This document shows, one piece after another, positions 17,590 to 25,781 of a DNA stretch of 64,000 nucleotides. Made by a program: the position numbers and the translations under genes. The notes beneath the pieces were generated by a model, which searched no databases, had not been told where the DNA came from, and was given only the letters and a program-made list of their open reading frames with translations. Location: contig LCHW01000001.1 of the NCBI GenBank assembly GCA_001000675.1, positions 424,875 to 488,874 of the forward strand, in the 5' to 3' direction. Numbering within the stretch: the stretch's first letter is position 1; each line of letters starts with the position of its first letter. The stretch comes from Candidatus Wolfebacteria bacterium GW2011_GWE2_44_13 (lineage in GTDB: Bacteria > Patescibacteriota > Minisyncoccia > UBA6257 > UBA9933).

Positions 17590-17700
17590 GTCGAACTGCT
17601 TCGTTGCGGGCCCCTGTTGTCTCGGTCATCGTACAATTAGCACGTTTCCCTCGCCAACTCTCCCCTGCCTACCGGCAGGCAGGCGCGCCTCGCATTTCAT
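17590..17700 (-). other. GC-rich, hairpin-containing leader region upstream of rplI.
   Basis: About 100 nt are far GC-richer than the surrounding AT-rich intergenic DNA. It includes the stem cctgcc-tacc-ggcagg and the palindrome ggcgcgcc. Confidence 0.3.
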
Positions 17701-17740
17701 CCAAATCTAGAAATATTTTTTAAATTATTCTGGATACTTT

Positions 17741-18997
17741 TTATTTCAGTTGTTCTTTAAGCACCTCAACTGCCTTATCGAATTGCGGATCTTTTTCTGC
17801 CTTTACATCTTCTTCGGTTATAGCAATTTTTACATCAGGGGTAAGCCCGTTTTTGTCGATGACGGTTCCGTTTGGCGTGAGCCAATGTGCAATCGTTATC
17901 TTTACCATCGCGTCCGCTTTGAGCGGAATTAATTCTTGCACGCTCCCCTTTCCAAAGCTTTTTTCTCCGACGAGCTTAGCGCCATTATTATCGCGTAATG
18001 CTCCAGCGAGAATTTCAGATGCCGATGCTGACCCTTGGTTAATAAGTACTACTGTTGGCGTGTTGCGAAATACCGGAAGACCTTGTGCTTCGAAATTTTC
18101 GTGCCCATCGTTATCTGCCTTAAACTTTTCGGTTACGACAACACTTCCTCGATCAACAAACCATCCCGCGATGTTTACTGATGCATCGAGATATCCTCCT
18201 GGATTGTTACGTAAGTCGAGAATAATCCCCTTTGGATTTTTGTCTATTGCTCCTGCAACTGCTTGATAGAAAAGAAGTGGAGATTTTTCGTAAAAGTTAT
18301 AAAGCTGAATGTATAGGATTTTTCCGTTAGCATCTTCTTTGCCTGCGTCATTGACCATCTTCCAATCGAGTGTTGGGATTTGAATCGCATCACGTACTAT
18401 TGGAAAATCTTTTGTATCAGACCATCCTTCGCGAAATAAGGTTAGTGTTACAGTTGTTCCCTTTTCGCCACGAATTTTCCCTACTGCAGTTTCTGTGGTA
18501 AGACCATGCGTATCTTCATCATTTATCTTTACAATTGCATCGCCCGCTTTTATGCCTGCTCGTTCAGCAGGTGTATTTTTTAACGGTGCTACTACAACAA
18601 GTTGTTCGTTTCGAATACCTATTTCTGCTCCAATACCTCCGAATTCTCCACTAATCTCTTGGGCAAAATCGTCTGCTTCTTTGGGTGGCATGAATACGGA
18701 ATAAGGATCACCAGTAGATGCGAGCATGCCCGAGATTGCCCCATAGACCTTCTCTTGCTCGGTTATATTCTTTGCATCGACGTATTTATCATCGAGAACC
18801 TTCCATGCGTCCCAAAACAAGCTAAAATCAGCGTTTGTTTCCTTGCCGTCTTCTAGATTCGTTACTCCTTTTACAATAGTGAGCTTTGGTTGTTCAGCTC
18901 CCTTGCGATATCCATACGAAAAACTCGCACCTCCGAGAAGGACGATTATTAGTACGATACTAACCGCAAGTGCTATGCGTGTTGCCAGTTTTTTCAT
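17741..18997 (-). CDS. ctpA: Carboxyl-terminal processing protease (S41) with a PDZ domain.
   Basis: There is an N-terminal TM segment and a PDZ domain (GIGAEIGIRNEQLVVVAPLKNTPAERAGIKAGD). The S41 serine region is LINQGSASASEILAGAL. Confidence 0.9.
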   Translation of the reverse strand: MKKLATRIALAVSIVLIIVLLGGASFSYGYRKGAEQPKLTIVKGVTNLEDGKETNADFSLFWDAWKVLDDKYVDAKNITEQEKVYGAISGMLASTGDPYSVFMPPKEADDFAQEISGEFGGIGAEIGIRNEQLVVVAPLKNTPAERAGIKAGDAIVKINDEDTHGLTTETAVGKIRGEKGTTVTLTLFREGWSDTKDFPIVRDAIQIPTLDWKMVNDAGKEDANGKILYIQLYNFYEKSPLLFYQAVAGAIDKNPKGIILDLRNNPGGYLDASVNIAGWFVDRGSVVVTEKFKADNDGHENFEAQGLPVFRNTPTVVLINQGSASASEILAGALRDNNGAKLVGEKSFGKGSVQELIPLKADAMVKITIAHWLTPNGTVIDKNGLTPDVKIAITEEDVKAEKDPQFDKAVEVLKEQLK

Positions 18998-19009
18998 TGC
19001 TCCATTGTA

Positions 19010-19591
19010 TCAAACGGAGGGCTTGAAGTCTATTGATTTTACAATCGAATATGTTGCCCCTGTGCTATCTAGGCGCGATTCCATAAGGTCTATGGTCGCA
19101 GGTGTAAATGTGAGCGTGCTCGGAAATGTGGTTACATGCCCCTCTATTTTTCTTCCCTCGGGAAGATTGGCGATATTAATATGCCCATGATATGCCGGAT
19201 GCGCTTCTCCTTTTTGAAAAATACCCTTTGCAGCGAGCCCCTGCTCAATCATATGTTTTAGCTGCCCAAGTGCTTCATTGGTTGGCGTTATGGTTGTTAT
19301 CCAAATCATACGCGGTGGTCGCTTTGGTGGTGCGGTTGTGAGCGTTCGCAGAGAAACAACCGGTGTACTTATTTTTGTTACCACAGTGTGTAACACATCC
19401 TCAATAACCGAAAGCGCTTCCTCGGGCTGGTTTCCTAAAAATTTAATTGTTAGATGCCAATTATTTTCTGGTATCGGATGCGCATCTGTATACAATTCCG
19501 CAACATTCTTTTTATCTAAATCAACCGCATTGCGAATAGTTGTTTTGATGTCTTGGGGAAGATTGATTGCGATAAATAGTTTATGTTCCAT
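19010..19591 (-). CDS. 2H phosphoesterase family protein (RNA 2',3'-cyclic phosphodiesterase ThpR/LigT-like).
   Basis: The first H-x-T-x motif is WHLTIKFLG. The second motif is degenerate (HGHINIA). Size and layout fit LigT. Confidence 0.5.
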   Translation of the reverse strand: MEHKLFIAINLPQDIKTTIRNAVDLDKKNVAELYTDAHPIPENNWHLTIKFLGNQPEEALSVIEDVLHTVVTKISTPVVSLRTLTTAPPKRPPRMIWITTITPTNEALGQLKHMIEQGLAAKGIFQKGEAHPAYHGHINIANLPEGRKIEGHVTTFPSTLTFTPATIDLMESRLDSTGATYSIVKSIDFKPSV

Positions 19592-19599
19592 ATATATGT

Positions 19600-20685
19600 T
19601 TACGGCTGAAGAATATCCTCTGTCCTTCCGTTTATTGCAATAACAACTTCCTTTACGCTTGGGAATTGTTTAAGTGTTTCGGTAATTTGTGCGCGAATAG
19701 CGGTTACGCGACATGAACCACCAACTGCTTTATCAAGCTCTTCGGAAAAATCTATATACGCCACTCCATTTTCGATAGTGAGCGTGTTAATGCGCACGTT
19801 CGGATTGATGTTGGTAAAATAATCAGCAGCCTTCTCTGCCTCCATTGGTCCTTTAAGAAGTTCTTCGATTGCTGCACGCCCTATCCCTTCGGTCCATGGT
19901 ATTTCGCGTGTCGATGGAAAAACTTTGTCACAGAGAAATGCCGGATCAAGTTTGCTGTTATTAAAAAAGACATTAATTTTTATCGACGATAACTCAAAAT
20001 TAACAGGCACCTCAAACGATTTTTCGTGTTCCTTTAATCCGCTTGGATTGTCATTTCTAAAAATTAAGAATCCGGTTTTTGTGGTTGGCTTTTTGAATTC
20101 GAATTCTCCCTTGAACGGAACGAGTGATTCGGACATCCAGTCTTCGGTAGCAGTTACATAATGCTTCCCGAGTAGTTTTCGGTTTGCATCGATAATTTCT
20201 ACGCCAAACACTGCCTCGAAGTACCACATACCTCTCGCTAATCCTTCGACGAGTAATGGGCTTGTTGCTACAGTATTTTCTGTTGGGATCGTTATAATAA
20301 TTTCTGGACTTGTGATGATACGAATATCATTCGCGAGCATTGCATTTTTTGCGATTGACTCCCCTTTTCCTTCTATAGTGTATCCAATATGTATAAGCGA
20401 ACTTTCTACGGATTTATTTTTTTCATCAACAAATTTTGTTTCTGGGGTAAAGGCTATTTGTATTTCTTCTGTTGTTGATACATCTTTTATGGTTATGATT
20501 TTTGCGCTTTGCATAACCTGAATAACTTCACCACGCACCGTTTTGTTCATGCGTATAATACCATCTTTTTGTGAAGTGGGTGGGACGATTTTTTCTGGCC
20601 TCTGTTGCCATAGCACAACCATGCCAATAATAAGCGCAGCTCCGATTAGTGCAACTGTTGTGAAGAAAAAGGCTCGTGATCTCAT
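19600..20685 (-). CDS. GerMN domain-containing membrane-anchored protein.
   Basis: There is an N-terminal TM segment. A C-terminal GerMN-like domain runs ...GVAYIDFSEELDKAVGGSCRVTAIRAQITETLKQFPSVKEVVIAINGR. I trimmed the start to the ATG at 20685 to avoid overlap with the upstream gene. Confidence 0.5.
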   Translation of the reverse strand: MRSRAFFFTTVALIGAALIIGMVVLWQQRPEKIVPPTSQKDGIIRMNKTVRGEVIQVMQSAKIITIKDVSTTEEIQIAFTPETKFVDEKNKSVESSLIHIGYTIEGKGESIAKNAMLANDIRIITSPEIIITIPTENTVATSPLLVEGLARGMWYFEAVFGVEIIDANRKLLGKHYVTATEDWMSESLVPFKGEFEFKKPTTKTGFLIFRNDNPSGLKEHEKSFEVPVNFELSSIKINVFFNNSKLDPAFLCDKVFPSTREIPWTEGIGRAAIEELLKGPMEAEKAADYFTNINPNVRINTLTIENGVAYIDFSEELDKAVGGSCRVTAIRAQITETLKQFPSVKEVVIAINGRTEDILQP

Positions 20686-20696
20686 ATGGTTACAGT

Positions 20697-21998
20697 CTAT
20701 TGCTTGTTTGTTATTGGTGCAAGTCGATATATAACGCCTGCCTTGTCGTCGGAAATATATGCGGCTCCGTTTGCGTGAAATAGAATATCTACTGGGCGAC
20801 CAAGCGTTTTTTGTTCGCCATCTATCCACCCCGTGATAAAGTCCGTTACACCTTCATATGTGCCATTTGCATTGAACTGATGGCGTACGATTTTGTAACC
20901 GGTTGGCACGCTGCGATTCCATGATCCATGATATGCGACTAAAAGGTCGTTATGATATTCTTCTGGCCAGCTATTCGGAATAAATGCGAGCCCAAGTGGG
21001 GCAGAATGCGCTTGAATGTCGATGTAGCTCGGGGTTTCGAAAGGCTCCATGCACGGGTTGCGGAAATAGGTATTTTTATCAAATTCCGTATCATGGCTGT
21101 TTTTCCCGTAACAAATTGGCCACCCATAATTGCCGCCCTGCTTGATGATATTGATCTCGTCCGGAGGGGTATTATCGCCTAAGAGGTCTCGGCCCATTTC
21201 CGTGGCCCAAATGTCTCCTGTGAGTGGGTTAAAAGCCATAAAAACGGCGTTACGAAGCCCTCTAGCGAACGTTTCTGTCTTTCCTGTACCGATGTCTATT
21301 TTTGCAATTGTCGCCCTATTGGGGTCGTTTTCGTTGCAAACATTGCAGGACGAACCAATGGAAACAAGGAGGTTGTTTTTGTACGGCAACAGTGTTCGCG
21401 TACTGTGCCCTCCGCCACTCGGGAGGGATGCAATAACCCGTTTGTTAGTTGCGGTTAAGGCTGCTGCGTCGTAGGTAAATTCACTTACTTTATCTGTTTC
21501 AGCGACGTATAGTTTGCATATATTTTCTTGTGCGCACTGCACAAGAATGCCATGGGGTGCGTTTAATCCGGAAACGACTATTTTTGTCTCGTCGCTTTTA
21601 CCGTCGTTGTTTGTATCGATAAGCGCGACTACGTTCCCCTTACCCGGAATACTTGCGAGTAAAACATTGCTAGGATCAGTCGTTAGTACGCGCGGATCAT
21701 TTAAATCTTTAGCAAAAATAGAAAGTGAAAATCCTTGCGGTATACGGAGCGGTCCTTGGGATATAACTGGCGCTGTTTGTTTAGGCGGCTTTGGCGTTGC
21801 CGTCGTGGTTGTTGGTGTCGCCTGCTCTTCTGGTTGCGATACCGATGTAGATGCTTGTTCGATAAGTCTCACGATGTCTTGCTCCGGCTTTGTGATTGCG
21901 GGCCAAATACCTCGGAGTTGTGTCCAATATACTATCGTTCCTCCGACAACCGCGAGTGCAATAAGTATTCCTCCTGTGGTGAGAATTATTTTTTTCAT
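20697..21998 (-). CDS. PQQ-dependent sugar dehydrogenase (soluble glucose/sorbosone dehydrogenase-like beta-propeller) with an N-terminal TM segment and a Pro/Thr-rich linker.
   Basis: Motifs LAFIPNSWPEEYHNDLLVAYHGSWNRS and GRPVDILFHANGAAYISDDKAGVIYR are present. The gene overlaps sodA by 4 nt. Confidence 0.7.
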   Translation of the reverse strand: MKKIILTTGGILIALAVVGGTIVYWTQLRGIWPAITKPEQDIVRLIEQASTSVSQPEEQATPTTTTATPKPPKQTAPVISQGPLRIPQGFSLSIFAKDLNDPRVLTTDPSNVLLASIPGKGNVVALIDTNNDGKSDETKIVVSGLNAPHGILVQCAQENICKLYVAETDKVSEFTYDAAALTATNKRVIASLPSGGGHSTRTLLPYKNNLLVSIGSSCNVCNENDPNRATIAKIDIGTGKTETFARGLRNAVFMAFNPLTGDIWATEMGRDLLGDNTPPDEINIIKQGGNYGWPICYGKNSHDTEFDKNTYFRNPCMEPFETPSYIDIQAHSAPLGLAFIPNSWPEEYHNDLLVAYHGSWNRSVPTGYKIVRHQFNANGTYEGVTDFITGWIDGEQKTLGRPVDILFHANGAAYISDDKAGVIYRLAPITNKQ

Positions 21999-22606
21999 AT
22001 ATGTTCAGTATAATTTTGTCCTACAACTTTCCAGTCGAGTACGTTCCACCAGTTTTGAATATATTCGGCTCTTCGATTTTGATAATGAAGATAATATGCG
22101 TGTTCCCAAATATCGATAACCATAAGGGGCGTGTCTCCCGTCATGAGTGGATTATCATGTCCTTGGGTTGAAGTAATGGTAAGTTTTTTATTGGTCGCGT
22201 CGAATACTAACCATACCCAGCCGCTTCCGAAAAGATTTGTTGCTGCCACAGTAAACTGTTCTTTAAATGCGACAATACTACCGAAGTCGTCGACAATTGC
22301 CTTCCCTAATTCTTCGGGAATATCTTCCTGCGCAGTTGGGCTCATGCAATTCCAATAGAATGTATGGCTAAAATGTCCGCCTGCGTTATTACGAACGGTT
22401 GTGCGAATTGTTTCAGGGATTTCATCGAGCATCGCGATGAGCTCTTCGGCGGTTTTGTCTTGTAGTTCGGGATATTTTTCAAGCGCTGTGTTGAGTTTAT
22501 CGACGTACGATTGATGATGTTTGCTGTGATGAATTTCGAGTGTTCGCGCATCGATAAATGGCTCGAGTGCATTGTATGCATACGGAAGCGGTGAAAGTTG
22601 GTGCAT
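21995..22606 (-). CDS. sodA: Fe/Mn superoxide dismutase.
   Basis: Motifs HHSKHHQSYV and DIWEHAYYL are present. Confidence 0.9.
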   Translation of the reverse strand: MHQLSPLPYAYNALEPFIDARTLEIHHSKHHQSYVDKLNTALEKYPELQDKTAEELIAMLDEIPETIRTTVRNNAGGHFSHTFYWNCMSPTAQEDIPEELGKAIVDDFGSIVAFKEQFTVAATNLFGSGWVWLVFDATNKKLTITSTQGHDNPLMTGDTPLMVIDIWEHAYYLHYQNRRAEYIQNWWNVLDWKVVGQNYTEHI

Positions 22607-22656
22607 AAAAATAAGTTGGTTAGGTTACGCTCGACGTTGCTTCTATTATATCAAAT

Positions 22657-22689
22657 AGTAACAAAAAACGCCCCCGAGTGGGGGCGTTG
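22657..22689 (-). terminator. Terminator/repeat unit T1 (aacgcccccgagtgggggcgtt plus T-run on the minus strand).
   Basis: A member of a 4-copy repeat family. The other copies are at 23365, 24050 and 24458. Confidence 0.7.
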
Positions 22690-22692
22690 AAA

Positions 22693-22983
22693 CTACTTGT
22701 GAAACGTGTAATTGAATAACACGTTTGAGTCCAGAAAATAGGTAATCGTCTGGCTTCCTTCACGCACAGTGATCTCTGAGTAGCTAAAGAGATTTCGTTT
22801 TGTCTTGATGACTTCGGTGATAGTTGGATGATCTACTCGCAGTTCTTTTAGAACGCCGTCCGACGTCCACCATGCATTGTTCGTGGGGATGACTACTACG
22901 TTCACTACCACGATTAGCGCGATAACGATAACGATTATCAGCTCGATAAGCGTGTATCCTTTGCAATTACGAAGGTTGGTCAT
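22693..22983 (-). CDS. Type IV pilin / pseudopilin-like protein (96 aa) with a class III signal peptide.
   Basis: The prepilin motif is MTNLRNCKG-YTLIELIIVIVIALIV. The SD is aaAGGAGcagggccATG. I trimmed the start to the ATG at 22983. Confidence 0.65.
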   Translation of the reverse strand: MTNLRNCKGYTLIELIIVIVIALIVVVNVVVIPTNNAWWTSDGVLKELRVDHPTITEVIKTKRNLFSYSEITVREGSQTITYFLDSNVLFNYTFHK

Positions 22984-23021
22984 GGCCCTGCTCCTTTTGT
23001 TGAATGCTTTGAACGATGCGT

Positions 23022-23303
23022 TTATGCCTCGTCCAAGAACTTGATGAAGATCAACGGCATCTTGCGTATTTCGTGCCGTCCATGCAACAAATTCACGACT
23101 CGCTGCACTTCCTGGAATGCTTTGATATCCGGGGCGACGCATTCGAGATACGGAAACGGATCGCCTAAATGATCGGCGACTTTTGACTGAACAATTTCGG
23201 TCACGAGTTTATGTGCCATACGGGATGACAACGCGGTAACGATTTCTCGGCGAATTTTTTCCGCCTCCACTTCTCCAACTCCATGAATCTTCACAATAAT
23301 CAT
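23022..23303 (-). CDS. Small protein (93 aa), paralog A, with a tautomerase-like N-terminus.
   Basis: The sequence MIIVKIHGVGEVEAEKIRREIVTALSSRM is paralogous to 23426..23707, sharing PYL.C.A.D..F.EVQRVV.LL.GR.EI.KMPL. The SD is AGGAGG. Confidence 0.5.
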   Translation of the reverse strand: MIIVKIHGVGEVEAEKIRREIVTALSSRMAHKLVTEIVQSKVADHLGDPFPYLECVAPDIKAFQEVQRVVNLLHGRHEIRKMPLIFIKFLDEA

Positions 23304-23364
23304 CGGTTGTCCTCCTGTGTGAGAGTTAATAGTGCTGATTAGATTAAATAATAATATATAAAAT

Positions 23365-23399
23365 ATGTCAAACTAAAAACGCCCCGAGGTGGGGCGTTG
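23365..23399 (-). terminator. Terminator/repeat unit T2 (atgtcaaactaaaaacgccccgaggtggggcgttg).
   Basis: The hairpin plus T-run is on the minus strand. The conserved flank atgtcaaac is shared with T3 and T4. Confidence 0.7.
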
Positions 23400-23425
23400 G
23401 GTGTATTTCGAGTTATCAAATACAG

Positions 23426-23707
23426 CTATGAAGCATCGGAGAGCTCCACGTATAACAAAGGCATTTTTGGAATTTCGTAACGCCCCTGCAGTATCGTAAC
23501 AACTCGCTGCACTTCCCTGAAGCTTCGACGATCATGCGCAGTGCATTTGAGATACGGGCACTTCTCTTCCCTGTGGTTCTCGATGTTGGACAAAATAATT
23601 TCAATCACGAGAACTCTTTGTAATGGGATTGATGCTGCGTTGAATATCTTTGTCCGCAGTGCCTGTGCGTCGCTCGTGTTGGCGCCGTGAATTTCTAAGA
23701 TCGTCAT
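23426..23707 (-). CDS. Small protein (93 aa), paralog B (MTILEIHGANTSDAQALRTKIFNAASIPL...).
   Basis: Paralog of 23022..23303. The SD is GGGAGGT. I trimmed the start to the ATG at 23707. The Arg-rich N-terminal extension in the ORF track is read-through. Confidence 0.5.
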   Translation of the reverse strand: MTILEIHGANTSDAQALRTKIFNAASIPLQRVLVIEIILSNIENHREEKCPYLKCTAHDRRSFREVQRVVTILQGRYEIPKMPLLYVELSDAS

Positions 23708-23727
23708 GCGGGCTACCTCCCTTTGTC

Positions 23728-23988
23728 TTAGTCTGCCGCGGGGCGCAAGCGCCCAGTTTCCTCGAAATACTCGATCTCCTCGAGAATCATGAGTCGCGCG
23801 CCGACGATATCGAGTGCGTCGGGAGTTGCCTCGTAAAAGAGGAGCAACTGCAAGACCTTTTCGATAATGTGTTGGCTTAACGTTTCCGGCTCTATGCCGG
23901 TGGGGCCCTTCTTTTCCGTTGCCCATCGATAGAGGTCTCCGTAATTCGCGAGTTTTGCCACCTCGTCGCCGATCTGTTCGCTGTCCAT
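23728..23988 (-). CDS. Small acidic protein (86 aa, MDSEQIGDEVAKLANYGDLYRW...).
   Basis: The SD is GAGGTGA. It lies 20 nt upstream of paralog B and is co-transcribed with it. I trimmed it from the longer ORF. Confidence 0.4.
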   Translation of the reverse strand: MDSEQIGDEVAKLANYGDLYRWATEKKGPTGIEPETLSQHIIEKVLQLLLFYEATPDALDIVGARLMILEEIEYFEETGRLRPAAD

Positions 23989-24049
23989 AGACGTCACCTC
24001 GTTTTTAGGATGTTTTGAGCTGTCCCTACTGTATTTATTTTTTGTAACG

Positions 24050-24084
24050 ATGTCAAACAAAAAACGCCCCGAGATGGGGCGTTT
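24050..24084 (-). terminator. Terminator/repeat unit T3 (atgtcaaacaaaaaacgccccgagatggggcgttt).
   Basis: A repeat family member with a hairpin plus T-run on the minus strand. Confidence 0.7.
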
Positions 24085-24088
24085 GGCA

Positions 24089-24391
24089 TTACCGCGGACG
24101 GTATGCGATAACCTGCACGACTTCGATGTCGTACGTTTCTGCTGCGCAGAGATGTTCGCAGGAATCGATGAGCCCGATGATGCTGCGATGGTCCTCATCG
24201 GGAGTGATGTATGCCCGCAGAAACGGACGATTTCCTTGGCGCTCAACGCGCTCGCATACGCCGTTGACGACCGTGATACGGCAATCTTTTCCTGGTCTGT
24301 GATGCCGGATGTGCCTCCTGAGCTTGTTTCGATCGTGAATCATTTCTTCGAATTCGTGTCCTGGTCTGCCTCCAAACTCGATGTGTATCAT
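24089..24391 (-). CDS. Small protein (100 aa) with a Cys pattern C-x8-C...C-x3-C.
   Basis: The SD is gAGGAGGtttccATG. Repeat unit T3 follows it. Confidence 0.4.
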   Translation of the reverse strand: MIHIEFGGRPGHEFEEMIHDRNKLRRHIRHHRPGKDCRITVVNGVCERVERQGNRPFLRAYITPDEDHRSIIGLIDSCEHLCAAETYDIEVVQVIAYRPR

Positions 24392-24457
24392 GGAAACCTC
24401 CTCTCTCCTTCGATTAGGGTGATGGAGCTACTCGCACTGTAAGTATTTTAGGAGAAA

Positions 24458-24489
24458 ATGTCAAACTAAAAACGCCTCGCGGCGTCTTT
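24458..24489 (-). terminator. Terminator/repeat unit T4 (atgtcaaactaaaaacgcctcgcggcgtcttt), a degenerate copy.
   Basis: The same conserved flank with a mutated stem. It lies downstream of the S51 peptidase gene. Confidence 0.55.
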
Positions 24490-25114
24490 ATGCTGAAATT
24501 ATTTTAAGTGTATCGTTATCGACCCATATTGCTTGGTTGTCATGCAGTAATATGAGCGGTTCTGCGTGGTTGGAGAGCTCCTTAATAATCTCGGCATATT
24601 CACTTGCGAATTCCGGATTATTGCAGTGCGGAATGACGCCGAAGTTGATAAGCCCTAATCCCCTTCTGTTGGGGACGGTATCGAGAAATTCTTTCTCACC
24701 CTCGTCAAACGCAAATAGGGCGAGTGATTCAGAAATAATCATTGAGCCTGCGCTTGATCCTGTATAGATAACAGATTCGCTTTTTACTGCGTCGATAATA
24801 CTCTGCCCTAGATTTTTTTCTCGTAATAATCCGACGAGATAAAAAACACTTCCGCCGGCAATATGTAGAATGTCTGTATCCTCGAGTGCCTGTGTGAGCG
24901 CTCCCGTCGAAGTGGTTCGTAGGTCTATATCAGTCAGCTTGTAGCCGAGCTCCGTGAATTTAATTCGATCATTACTTACCCACCATGCATCTTTTGTAGG
25001 ATAGTTGTCAGATGCATTTGCAATAAATAAAACTTTTGTAGCCGCTTTGTTTTGCAAAAGCGGCTTAAGGAGTGGAAGGGTTTTATCGATTGCGGATGCG
25101 AGGAAGAGTTTCAT
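24488..25114 (-). CDS. Peptidase S51 (dipeptidase E / cyanophycinase-like).
   Basis: The serine motif YTGSSAGSMI lies in a class I glutamine-amidotransferase-like fold. Confidence 0.7.
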   Translation of the reverse strand: MKLFLASAIDKTLPLLKPLLQNKAATKVLFIANASDNYPTKDAWWVSNDRIKFTELGYKLTDIDLRTTSTGALTQALEDTDILHIAGGSVFYLVGLLREKNLGQSIIDAVKSESVIYTGSSAGSMIISESLALFAFDEGEKEFLDTVPNRRGLGLINFGVIPHCNNPEFASEYAEIIKELSNHAEPLILLHDNQAIWVDNDTLKIISA

Positions 25115-25717
25115 TTATTTAACCTTTGCTCCTGATTCAATATCTTTTTCTGGAGTAAGGAGTACTGGGTTTTCCGCTCCGCCTGCAGCGAGTAGCATAC
25201 CATGGCTTTCCACACCCATTAACGCGCGTGGGGCGAGGTTGGCAACGATGATAATTTCTTTACCAACAAGCTCTTCTGGGCCATATGCTTTACCGATGCC
25301 GGCAACAATCTGTCGTTTTTCATCCCCTACTTCGAGCTGAAGCTTAATTAATTTTTCGGACTTCTCTACTCGCTCAGCTTCCATAATCTTCGCCACCTTT
25401 AATTCTACTTTTGCAAAATCGTCGTAGGTAATTTCTCCCTCGTTTGTTGTAGTGTGTTCTTCCTTCGTTACGGCTGGTGCTTCTACTAGCTTCTCATGTT
25501 TTGTCGCCACCTTTGGCTGACGCTTGGCATAGAGATAATACACATCAAGGATTCCTAGTGTGTTTATGAGAAGCAATACGACGAACCAAACTCTTTCCTT
25601 TCGCTCAAATGCTCGTAATAACGCAGCTCCTTTTATTGTGAATGTCCATATAAATAACAAAAGAAATTCGACTGGATGATTAAGAATAAATATGAATAGT
25701 AAATATTGTATTTCCAT
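25115..25717 (-). CDS. Membrane-anchored tRNA-binding domain protein (CsaA/Myf-like OB fold).
   Basis: There are N-terminal TM helices. The C-terminal tRNA-binding domain runs ITYDDFAKVELKVAKI...KAYGPEELVGKEIIIVANLAPRALMGVESHGMLLAA. Confidence 0.65.
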   Translation of the reverse strand: MEIQYLLFIFILNHPVEFLLLFIWTFTIKGAALLRAFERKERVWFVVLLLINTLGILDVYYLYAKRQPKVATKHEKLVEAPAVTKEEHTTTNEGEITYDDFAKVELKVAKIMEAERVEKSEKLIKLQLEVGDEKRQIVAGIGKAYGPEELVGKEIIIVANLAPRALMGVESHGMLLAAGGAENPVLLTPEKDIESGAKVK

Positions 25718-25781
25718 AAATGTGTAATTAAATAAATTGCTCTTAGTGCTAGTATGATTGTTTTGCTCCTAAAATACTATA

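Noticed and set aside
17590-17700. A possible tRNA in the GC-rich rplI leader.
   Set aside because: There is no acceptor/T-arm pattern and no GTTC-type T-loop. It is treated as a leader structure instead.
23426-23926. Long N-terminal extensions of ORFs in the track (23426..23926, 22693..23142, 19600..20829, 35923..37080, 37548..38861).
   Set aside because: The extensions overlap upstream genes and lack an RBS. Internal ATGs with SD motifs, and paralog alignment, give shorter starts at 23707, 22983, 20685, 36996 and 38789.
22657-24489. The four repeated elements as integron attC sites (cassette array).
   Set aside because: The 3' ends resemble GTTRRRY only loosely. There is no matching RYYYAAC inverse core, no extrahelical-base architecture, and no intI in the window. 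A portable terminator or REP-like repeat is the more conservative reading.
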